Shown in pieces: positions 1-10,293 of a stretch of DNA of 64,000 nucleotides; position 1 is the stretch's first letter, and each line of letters starts with the position of its first letter. A program made the translations under genes and the position numbers. A model generated the notes under the pieces. The model did no database searches. It saw only the letters and a program-made list of their open reading frames with translations, and was not told the origin of the DNA. The stretch is from Macrostomum lignano. Taxonomy: Eukaryota. The stretch spans positions 1-64,000 of the forward strand of contig NIVC01000643.1 of NCBI GenBank assembly GCA_002269645.1, in the 5' to 3' direction.

Positions 1-487
1 TCTGTCATTCAGAACGGACTGGCTGTGTCAGTGAACTGTCATACAGAATGCCGGCTGTGTCAGTGATCTGTCATACAGAATGGCCGGCTGTGTCAGTGAA
101 CTGTCATACAGAATGGCTGGCTGTGTCAGTGAACTGTCATACAGAATGGCCGGCTGTGTCAGTGAACTGTCATACAGAATGGCTGACTGTGTCAGTGAAC
201 TGTCATACAGAATGGCTGGCTGTGTCAGTGAACTGTCATACAGAATGGCCGGCTGTGTCAGTGAACTGTCATACAGAATGGCTGGCTGTGTCAGTGAACT
301 GTCATACAGAATGGCCTGTGTCAGTGAACTGTCATACAGAATGGCCGCTGTGTCAGTGAACTGTCATACAGAATGGCCGGCTGTGTCAGTGAACTGTCAT
401 ACAGAATGGCTGACTGTGTCAGTGAACTGTCATACAGAATGGCCGGCTGTGTCAGTGATCTGTCATACAGAATGGCTGGCTGTGTCA
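1..487. repeat. 33-bp minisatellite (intron of the GT32 gene), runs off the left edge
   Basis: Tandem GGCTGTGTCAGTGAACTGTCATACAGAATGGCC units. Confidence 0.95.
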
Positions 488-512
488 GTAACCAACAGTC
501 AGCACAGCTCAC

Positions 513-1040
513 CCAGAGGCTCCTCAGTGAAGACAATGTCATGCTGGGCCATTATGGACTGTGCAGGCTGAGTGACATGACATCAAGGTCGGCATACAGG
601 CCTCCGAAATGGTTGAGAATGAGCAGCCTGGCCAGGTCTGAGCGCTCCACCCCGTGCGCCAGCTGTTCGTGAAAGAAGCGGCGCATCCGGGGCCCGAACT
701 GAGCCATCAGGAAGCTGTCAATGCCCGCGTCAGTCCAGAAGTGCAGCTCGAAGTTCGGTAGTCGCGGGCCCAGGAGCGGATGTAGTTGGCGAATGCGACT
801 GGCACAGAGTCAGTCTGGTACATCAGGTGGATCCTACGGACCGGCAGTTCCTGATCTCGCCCGTGCAATGAGGCGAGGCGTTCCACCTGGCTGCGAACTC
901 TTTGTAGGGAAAGCCGTCACCTGAGAGCAGCTGAGAGGCCGGCCACATGATAAACATGAGCAGCAGCAGCACTGACATGATGATGGGTGGCGCAGCCGGA
1001 AACTGTGCCGGCACCTGAGCAGGTGCCTCATTAGCCGCAT
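513..1040 (-). pseudogene. GT32 glycosyltransferase (OCH1/SUR1-like, DXD), first coding exon, frameshifted as assembled
   Basis: Joining frames gives TM segment IIMSVLLLLMFIMW, then RRIHLMYQT..SWARDY/PNFELHFWTD..ERSDLARLLILNHFGGLYADLDV..IVFTEEP. GTGAG donor at 512. At least 3 frame breaks, two explained by a missing C in a C run. Confidence 0.75.
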
Positions 1041-1390
1041 TTTGAAAACTGCGGGATTAGCCAGTGCAGCGCCATTATGCTGTGTTCAAGTGCTTGGCAG
1101 TATCGTGTTTTGCTGTGCTTTAATCCTAGTTAATTCTATTAAATTATATATTATATATCATCGGGCCAGCTGGCGTGGGGCCCAGCCAAAGTAAGTCACA
1201 AAAATGCCCACCCCAAATAATGCAAAAGTACTAATTAGATGACGAGGCATTTAGCTCTAGTCATACAGCTATATTTACTCTTGCCGTTAACCCAAAATTA
1301 CATTAGTTTTATAGGCAAGTCAATTTTTGGTCAAAAAGTAAGTTGCCTGGCTGGTGTAAAATGGAGGGGGTCGTGCTGTTACGCTTCCTG

Positions 1391-1421
1391 TAGCCCCTTG
1401 CAGCTAAGTCAAGTAAGTCAA
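1391..1421 (+). mobile_element. Isolated 3'-tail fragment of the LOA-like LINE family seen at 10294
   Basis: TAGCCCCTTGCAGCTAAGTCAAGTAAGTCAA versus element tail TAGCCCTGCAGCTAAGTCAAGTAAGTCAA. Confidence 0.6.
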
Positions 1422-4416
1422 TGGGAGGTTGTGTATGCATGTATGTAATATATCCTGGGTTTTTCAAGCATCAGAGTTGCAATGCCAGAACTTATATACC
1501 ACAGCTTCAGCTGTTGCTTAAGGAGACCAAGTTATTACTACTCATATACATGTATAGGTTAAATCAATATCATAAAGCTTTAATTGAAAGTTATATCCTT
1601 ATATGAAAAGTAGGCCCTATATAGGCTAAAGCTTTAGATCTAGCTCAATAAAGTTATATAAAGACTATTTACTGTTTATATTTATTAATTTGAAGTAACA
1701 GCTTTTAGTTTTGAACCAAAAATATTGTTTTTTAATACAAATTCAAATTTTTCAGATTTTAACACCATTAATTGCAAAATTATAATTTTTTAAATGCAAA
1801 TCAAATGCTTAAATAAAATTCATATTATCATTTGTATGGATAAATTCATTTATGAATTTAAATCATATTGTATCTTCTAAACATTCTAGAGTTTGAAAAT
1901 CTTTGATATCTGCCATGCAAAGGAAAATGGTAAAAGTTAACTTATATTAGGGACTTCAGTGAGGTTTTTAAAACTAAAAATTAGGCCATTTTTTGTACTT
2001 CATCATATAGATCCATGCTTTATGAGCATGGTGACATTTCATTATAAAAATTGGTTGGGTATTAAAAAAGTTATGGTACATTTTGTGCTACATTTTTATG
2101 TTGCCTTTTCAAAGTATATTAACTTTACTTCACACTTTACTCCTTTCAATAGTTATAAGTGTAGAAAGATAGGCCCTTTTTGCCATTTTTACAATTTTGA
2201 ACGGGATAATTTTGCCTCATTGAAGTCCCTACTTATATTCTGCTCTGATCCCATGTAGCATTTGTGTATACATTTTCTTATGCATACTTTTGGACTAACT
2301 TATAGAGTTACTCAATGATAGAAACTTGTTGAGCTCAATAATATTAATATATTAGGCCCTAAACTAAAGCTTTTTTGCATTCCAATTATAAAATTCTTCC
2401 TGTCTTTTGTGTCACACCAGTTTAAAACTTAATTAACTAAATAACCAAAGATTGCGAATATACTACCACTAAGAGGTTTACACTGTTTACACATAATAGA
2501 CATGGTGACCTGGCAGGCCACCCAGGCCTCTAACTAAAGTTAAGAACCCAAGATACGACCCTTCGGCCTTCATCAACCCTTGGCCTTGCCTTGCGCCCTT
2601 ACTACATCTTGCTTAACTAAATTTAATCAATGCATGGTTATTATAGCCAAGATGTTCTTTGACCTACTACATGTCGTCAAATATGCATGATATCCATCGA
2701 CATAATCATGGTAAACGGGCGCAACCATAGCGCATATGGCATATGCTTAATGCTGCTGCACGTGATACGAATCATCAGAGTCGAGAATCAACGAGAATCT
2801 ACTGAAGTTGAAAATGTGGTAGTGACAAGTGTGACTGTTGTATTTTTTATTTTGGCGTCCATTGCATGGCCTTACCTTTTGGAAGTTTTTCGGAAGTTCC
2901 CCATTTATCGGTCTAATCGTGGGATTTTTGTGCCCTTTACTTGTTAAATAAATCATAAAAGTTTGTTTTACTCTTTCCTATCGATAACCTGGAAACAGCG
3001 TTCCAATTCGGTAAGTCCCGCTGTTGGTCCCAGAACCTTGCCCGTGGCCGTTTATATATACATGTAAACTCACAGTATACACCACACATAAAAATGTATA
3101 CTTCTTTTTCTTTTCCCACTTTTCCTTTTGTGTTGCCACTAGTAGTATATACTATAGAAGGTGGAAACGGAACCAGCAGCGCTGTCCAGTTTTTTGACTA
3201 AACCGGTTATTTCGAATAGCCGCTAATAACGCGTTCCACACTGGCAGTTACTAGTTACGAACCGGACGAAAATATTTTGGATTTGTTTAAAAGAATTAAC
3301 TGGGATAACTTGCTGGGATGGCCTTCATGTCAGAGCATTTTGGGTGTGCCCGCGGCCATGAAGTGTAAGTAGCAGAATACGATTCGGTCAAAATCGTTGC
3401 AAGTGTATACATGTAGATAGTAGTCGAGGTGGTGGAGTTAGCGAAGGTCCCGGAGTGAGGCAGGTATAGAGCGGGAGTGAGGTGGTCGCGGAGTGAGTTG
3501 GGCGCGCGGAGCGAGGGGTTCTCCAGCAGTTCAGTCGTGCTTGCTAAGATTCTGCATCTTCGTAGAAAATCTCAATCATTTTGCCGGCACTGAAACTTAT
3601 TCAGTTAGTTAAATATAACCCACTAATTTTGTTCTGTTCGATCACGCAGTATATCTTCGCCCGCAGTTGAATGTACAAATACGTTGCGGAGATTTTGAAG
3701 GCGATTCCTCTCAAATTCAATTCGGAATCGGATCACTGGAGCACCAAGCGATACCATGCAGACTCCAAGAAGTCAAAGGCAGCGGCCACCGCAAATATTG
3801 GGGTGTTTATTCACAAATCTTCCGTCATAAGTTTTTTGCATCTCCACCAGTTGACTTTTCCACCAGTTTGAAACTTTTTTCTCTGAGGAGCAGAGGACTC
3901 AAAATTGCGTTTATCTGCATGTTGGTGGGGTCTCAGACACACAGTGCCCCAAACTGCTGAGGTGCCCCCCCCCCCAGTCTAACTTTGGCATTGCATTCCA
4001 ATCTCCAAATTTGTGGTTTTTGCATTCTTTTGAGTTTGAAATTAGCTTTGCTCTAAGTAGTTGAAATTATACTCGATTTCTACCGTCGAAGTTTACAATT
4101 GTCTCCTCAATATAGTTTCTGAATTCCTTAATTAATTCTATAGATTCTCATTTTTTCTGCGAGAGTTTTCTGAAAAAATGTAAGACAATAATTACGACGC
4201 AAATTCGTGCTTCAAATTCCGCAGTGGAAACTTTGGCATTTAAAAACTGAAGCAGAATTTAATAAATCCATTTTTCTTTGCCATTTCTCACAGAATTGGA
4301 ATTTCAGCGATTCAAATCCTGAGATATACATGTAAATTGCTTCAGCTTGGAACCTTCCTAGACAGAAGCTACTCACAGAAACAGAAGCCAGGGTACAAGA
4401 GCTTAAACTCTCAGCC

Positions 4417-5219
4417 ATGAACTTTTCTCTGCTAGTTGCTGCGGCTCTGTGGCCGCTCTGACGGGGTTATCGGCCAATGTTGCCGAGAAGCAGGCAGGAG
4501 AGAGGCAAGCGGATGGACCACATACTGTGCCAGGCCGGTCACCAGCTAAGTGAAGACTCGACTTCATTTGCCAGCCCTGCAGCGCCGGCACCCATAGGGG
4601 AATAACCGTGAATTCCAAGTGCCAGAAGTGCCGCCAGGCTCATACAGCCGCGCCGGGGCCGCCGCCTGCTCCAAGTGCTGGCCGGGCAGCTTCGCCGCCA
4701 GCTCAGGCTCCGCGAGCTGCCAGAAGTGCGCCAAGGGCTCGATGGCCGCCACGGACGGCTTGTCGAGCTGCACGCCCTGCCCTGCCGGCAGCTTCATCAG
4801 CTTCAGCGGCTCCCCAGCCTGCGTGCAGTGTCCCGCCGGCACCTCGAGCAAGGCCGGAGAAGCGGAGTGCAGCAAGTGCCAGCCGGGCCACTTCTCCCCA
4901 GCTGGAGCGGCCGCCTGCAGGCCGTGCCCGGCCGGAAGCTACTCAGCAGCGGGCGCCTCAGCTTGCACCAGCTGCCCGGCCGGAAGCTTCTCAGCTGCTG
5001 GCGCCTCGGCTTGCACCCGCTGTCCGGCCGGCCAGTTCGCCTCATCAGAAGGCAGCAAGCAGTGCAAGGCCTGCCCTCCGGGCTCCTTCTCTGACGCGGC
5101 GGGGGCGACTGAGTGCCAACAGTGCGATCGGAACTTCGCCCTGGCTACCAAGTCTGGCATGACTAAATGCGACCTTTGCCCCAACGGCGGCGCCACCTTT
5201 GGGGACAACCGCTGCTACA
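4417..5219 (+). CDS. Secreted Cys-rich protein with GCC2/GCC3 (ephrin-receptor-like) repeats, exon 1; frameshifted 5' part
   Basis: ATG 4417 with signal-peptide-like MNFSLLVAAAL. Many CxxCPAGSF/YS..G...C repeats (ORF 4619-5281). Ends CPNGGATFGDNRCY then GTGAG donor at 5220. Several single-base frame breaks before 4635. Confidence 0.75.
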
Positions 5220-5258
5220 GTGAGCTCCCAGCAGTCCTTCCTATTTCTTACCTCAAGC

Positions 5259-6401
5259 TCATAAAACCTCGAGAACCCTGAGAATAGCGCTGGTTCTTAG
5301 CCTGAACACGAAAACAGCAACAAATGAACTAAAAAACGACTGCAAGTGCTCAAAATACTCTCCACTGGCATTGATACAGGCTTGCATCCTGTGAAACCAG
5401 CTGTCGAAGCAATGCCGCCAATCCTCATCCCGGAGCTCCTCGATGATGTTTTTGAACTCATTCACAGCTTCTTCCGGTGAAGAAAAGACCTGGCCCTTCA
5501 GAATCTCCTTGCACTTCGGAAACAGAAAAAAGTCGCACGGTGCCAGGTCTGGACTATACGCAGGGTGAGTCATCAGCTGGACCCCACAGTCAGCCAGAAA
5601 CTCAAGAGTTTGAGCCGCCGTGTGCGCGCTGGCGTTGTCGTGGTGCAGCAGCACCCCGCGCATTCCGCACCTTGGGCGCCTCTGGCTCACAGCAGAAAAG
5701 ACTTTGGGCAGGCAAACCGTTGTGTACCAGTCAGCGGCGACTGTCTGGCGATCTTCAAGTGAAACGGAAGCCACATGCCCAGTGCGCATGAAGAAACAGG
5801 CCACCATCTGCTTGCCGACACTCCGGCTGCGTCGAAACTTGGTGGGGCTGTCCTCATCTCCAAAGGTCCACATGGCTGACTGGCGCTTGCTTTCGGGGTC
5901 GTATTGATAAATCCAGGTCTCATCGCCCGTGAGGATGTCCCAGATACGCCGGCTGGTCCCAGATTCGAATTTCTGCAGCATAAATCGGCACCAAGCCACC
6001 CTGGTGTCCTTCTGCACGTCCGACAGCTGATGGGGGATCCACCGGGAAGCCAGCTTCCGCACTCCAAGGTGTTCGTGCAGAATGGCGTGCACACTCCCCG
6101 ATCCAATACCGATCTCCTGCTGGATCTGCTGGTAGGTCACTCGCCGGTCAGCGGCAATCATGCTGGACACAGCGCAGATATTTTCTGGAGTCACTGCGTC
6201 ACAGGGTCTCCCGGATCGATGTTCATCTTCGAGGCTTTCTTGACCTCGGCGAAACTCAGCGAACCAGTTTTTGACGGTTGCGTATGAAGGACATACATGG
6301 GTAAAAACGTTCTGTAAAGTTTGATACGATTCGGCCGGCGACTTGCCTTGCTTGAAGTGCAAGTACATCATTGCTCTGAAGTCGCGATTTTCCAGCTTCA
6401 T
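5259..6401 (-). CDS. Mariner transposase, open ORF
   Basis: WIPHQL, TGDETW, HHDNA and YSPDLAPCD motifs; N-terminal HTH; ORF reads past the usual EYFE end into the damaged TIR. Confidence 0.93.
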   Translation of the reverse strand: MKLENRDFRAMMYLHFKQGKSPAESYQTLQNVFTHVCPSYATVKNWFAEFRRGQESLEDEHRSGRPCDAVTPENICAVSSMIAADRRVTYQQIQQEIGIGSGSVHAILHEHLGVRKLASRWIPHQLSDVQKDTRVAWCRFMLQKFESGTSRRIWDILTGDETWIYQYDPESKRQSAMWTFGDEDSPTKFRRSRSVGKQMVACFFMRTGHVASVSLEDRQTVAADWYTTVCLPKVFSAVSQRRPRCGMRGVLLHHDNASAHTAAQTLEFLADCGVQLMTHPAYSPDLAPCDFFLFPKCKEILKGQVFSSPEEAVNEFKNIIEELRDEDWRHCFDSWFHRMQACINASGEYFEHLQSFFSSFVAVFVFRLRTSAILRVLEVL

Positions 6402-6585
6402 TGTTGAATTAAAGAACTCAGGGGGTGAACTGACTTTAACTCGCTGCAGTGGACTCAAAAGTGGCTGCTTCTGTTTGAAATTTTTGTTGCAATACTTTTA
6501 AAAGTTGGTCTTCACCATAGACAAATTTCATGCTTCTACGTCTCGTGGATCCTACTCAGGCTAAAGACTTTCTGAGTGACCCTCG
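5270..6585 (-). mobile_element. Mariner (DD34D) transposon, about 1.3 kb, intronic
   Basis: 5' TIR CGAGGGTCACTCAGAAAGTCTTTAGCCTGA flanked by TA at 6586-6587. Degenerate counterpart at 5270-5306. Encodes a transposase. Confidence 0.92.
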
Positions 6586-7269
6586 TAGTGCACCAGTTAC
6601 TGCTAAACTATCGGGATTGCTACGAGCGTATATTGCGATCGTGGCCCTTGCGGTTTAGGCTACTTGGTTTATTATGATTGTTCTTGGTGAATCTAACTAG
6701 TTTGATTTTTGGTAGGTTGCTGCCACCAGGTTTTTGGTATTTCCTAATCCTAATACTTAGATAATTAAAGACTTAGACCGGAAAACAAAGAATTTATTTA
6801 CTCGAGAGATATAGTCCAACAAAACAAACTTATTAATATGCAATAGGTATTACAGATAGTTTATTAAACTGGTGCAAAAATTGATCGGCATCGACTACCG
6901 TTGTGTACTGCTATGGCATCGACCACCTGTAACAGTTTTACGTACATGAATTCCACAACTGCTATTCCCGATCTTACTTTATCATCTCCTCTACGTTAGA
7001 AATGCCTTAGACTGGCTCAAAGTCCCAAAATGTGTAACTTCTTCTTCACGAGTCTCAACTGCTCGCTACTTAGAACAAAGCCCCAAAATCACGTTCTAAT
7101 CCCATCATGAATACTTTCCCTGGCTAGAACTACTGACAGTAGCGTAAAAGCATAAATGCCCTATTATTACAATGTTAAAGAATCCTTTTTTATTTTGTTT
7201 CTTTTGATTAGGTAGGCCTATAGATTGAACACAACGGAAGGTCGAAAGTACATTTTTAAGCCTCTCTAG

Positions 7270-7719
7270 AACCTCACCCCCGACACCAAAACCGGAATTC
7301 CAGGAAAGTTGAACGTCTCCTGTTGGACGAGCTGGCCAGAATGCGAGCGCACAATTGACAATGACGTGTACTCCTACGGACAGGCGCTGAACAAGAAGTT
7401 CGCCAAGCCTTCGACTCCAGTGCATGAGACGTATTTTCACTACAAATTTGATGCTCCAGTGCACTTGAGGGGCTACGTTGTCTGGGGCAAGTACGGCTGC
7501 TGCTTGAAGAGCCTCACTGATTACGAAATATATGTCATCCATGAGGGGAACCCGATATCCTGCTTCTATACTGTTGGAAAATATTATGCAGACAAATACT
7601 ATGCTTCTCATGGCGGCTGCGATGTGGATGAGGTCAAGGATTTAAAAATTATTCCCAAAAAAGACGACGCAGTCAATAAAATCATCACAGTGGCTGAGGT
7701 GGCGTTCTACGTCTATTGA
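7270..7719 (+). CDS. Terminal exon, possible galactose-binding/F5-8-like beta-sandwich; may belong to the 4417 gene
   Basis: CTAG acceptor at 7269; open frame to TGA; ERTIDND and terminal VAEVAFY resemble discoidin/fucolectin ends. Linkage to the upstream exon not proven. Confidence 0.45.
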   Translation, partial: NLTPDTKTGIPGKLNVSCWTSWPECERTIDNDVYSYGQALNKKFAKPSTPVHETYFHYKFDAPVHLRGYVVWGKYGCCLKSLTDYEIYVIHEGNPISCFYTVGKYYADKYYASHGGCDVDEVKDLKIIPKKDDAVNKIITVAEVAFYVY

Positions 7720-8089
7720 CCGTGATCGGACTTGGAGAAAGAGCAGAAATAAACCACAGGAACAGCTGTTTAGCTGGGAATCCAGTTTCATTTTACTCTT
7801 TTATTGGTCCGACATTGTCCTGATACAGATTGAACATTTCAAGCAGCCCCTCACTGCAGTCAGTAAGCTGCAAAATGAGAGTCGATAGCATCAGTCATGA
7901 TTAAAGTGCAAGACAGCCGCAAGATGGCCTGATGTGCTTTTACAAGGTTGAAAAGTAAATTATTTCACAAGGTAGATACTGCGTCGAAAACTTGAATTTA
8001 GCAGCCACTTTTGCAAGGTCGAAACTTTATATAACAAGAACCAAACAGTAGTTTTCTCTAGTCTAGTAACGAATTAATCGATCGATCAG

Positions 8090-8161
8090 TCAATCAATCA
8101 ATCAGTCAATGAATCAATCAATGAATCAGTCAATCAGTCAATCAGTCAATCAGTCAATCAG

Positions 8162-8212
<51 letters not shown>

Positions 8213-8263
8213 GTCAATCTCCCAACCAACCAAATAATCAATTAATCAATCAATCAATCAATC
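8090..8263. repeat. (TCAA)n microsatellite
   Basis: Direct reading. Confidence 0.95.
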
Positions 8264-8277
8264 AAGCGAGCAAACAT

Positions 8278-10004
8278 TTAGGTTACAAGTGGTGCACTTG
8301 GCGAGTCTTTGTCGACGTCTTTGTCGACACTAGCGGCAGCGGCAGCACCACGCCGGTAGGACGATGGACGCCCGGGGCCGGCCTCGGTGACCTCCGTCAG
8401 GCGCGTCGGCGACTGCTGCAGGCCGATGCTCGGAAAGTGAAACGGCGCTGGGGGCAGCTCGGCGGAGCCCGCGGCGGTCGGGCTGCTGGGCTGGCAGGGG
8501 TGGCGGCCCGTCTCCGCCTTGTCAGCTGAGCGGCTCGCCTTCCGCAGGCCTACGTAGGGTGGGTTAGAAAAGTGTGACAGACAAATCGCAAAGGGACACA
8601 CAAATCCCAGAGTGACACACAAATCCCAGAGTGACACACAAATCCCAGAGTGACACACAAATCCCAGAGTGACACACAAATCCCAGAGTGACACACAAAT
8701 CCCAGAGTGACACACAAATCCCAGAGTGACACACAAATCCCAGAGTGACACACAAATCCCAGAGTGACACACAAATCCCAGAGTGACACACAAATCCCAG
8801 AGTGACACACAAATCCCAGAGTGACACACAAATCCCAGAGTGACACACAAATCCCAGAGTGACACACAAATCCCAGAGTGACACACAAATCCCAGAGTGA
8901 CACACAAATTCCAGAGTGACACACAAATCCCAGAGTGACACACAAATCTCAGAGTGATACACCCTAGAGTGACACACAGATCCCAGAATGACACATGCTA
9001 GAGTGACACACAATCTTGGAGTAACAGACACTGGAAGTGACAGACACAGGGAGTGACAGACACAGAGAGTGACAGACACAGAGAGTGACAGACACAGGGA
9101 GTGACAGACACTGCGAGTGACAGACACTGCGAGTGACAGACACAGAGAGTGACAGACACAGAGAGTGACAGACACAGGGAGTGACAGACACTGCGAGTGA
9201 CAGACACTGCGAGTGACAGACACAGAGAGTGACAGACACAGAGAGTGACAGACACAGGGAGTGACAGACACTGCGAGTGACAGACACTGCGAGTGACAGA
9301 CACAGAGAGTGACAGACACAGAGAGTGACAGACACAGAGAGTGACAGACACTGCGAGTGACAGACACAGGGAGTGACAGACACAGGGAGTGACAGACACT
9401 GCGAGTGACAGACACAGGGGGTGGGGATGCTCAGGTGGGGATGGGGTGCTCAGGTGGGGATGCTCAGGTGGGGATGCTCAGGTGGGGATGCTCAGGTGGG
9501 GATGCTCAGGTGGGGATGCTCAGGTGGGGATGCTCAGGTGGGGATGCTCAGGTGGGGAGGGGGTTGCTCAGGTGGGGATGGGGATGCTCAGGTGGGGATG
9601 GGGGTGCTCACCCTCATCAACCAGGGGCTCAACAGTCGGGAAGCGCTTCTTGATGGGCGCGCTGACGGTCATGAGCAGCAGCACCTCGCACAGCAGGAGG
9701 TAGCGCACGATGGTCCTGCGCAGCATCACGGTGACCTCATCGGCGCCGGGGATCAGGGTGCTGATGTAGGACATGAAGCTGCAATGGGGGATAATGACCT
9801 AGAGAGTTGAGCACTGCTCTTCGCTTATCCTACAAGTCCCCTTCACCTCACCGGTCGGGCCAGGGAATGTGCTATAGTGCAGCTGGAACTGCAGAGAGCA
9901 AAACTGGCTGGGTCACATTCTGCCACTGGACTGGGTTGCAAACGGCTTCGCAACATACCCGTAATGGACTTTAGCAGATAGAACGAAAAATAGAGTCCAA
10001 GCTG
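8278..10004 (-). CDS. Bestrophin-family gene, partial. Exons about 9959-10004, 9852-9888, 9612-9778, 8278-8547; weak upstream candidate 12847-12875
   Basis: [36 protein letters not shown] matches bestrophin PWPDR, RRT..RY and KRFP motifs. GT-AG boundaries. The two small exons need a frame correction. Confidence 0.8.
8585..9000. repeat. 19-bp minisatellite CACACAAATCCCAGAGTGA (bestrophin intron)
   Basis: Direct reading. Confidence 0.95.
9020..9417. repeat. 16-bp minisatellite GAGTGACAGACAC(AGA/AGG/TGC) with 5-unit higher-order pattern
   Basis: Variant order AGA,AGA,AGG,TGC,TGC recurs. Confidence 0.9.
9418..9610. repeat. 14-bp minisatellite CAGGTGGGGATGCT abutting the bestrophin donor site
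   Basis: Direct reading. Confidence 0.95.
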
Positions 10005-10023
10005 CTTGTTGAAAGTTCAGGCC

Positions 10024-10285
<262 letters not shown>

Positions 10286-10293
10286 GGTTGCAC

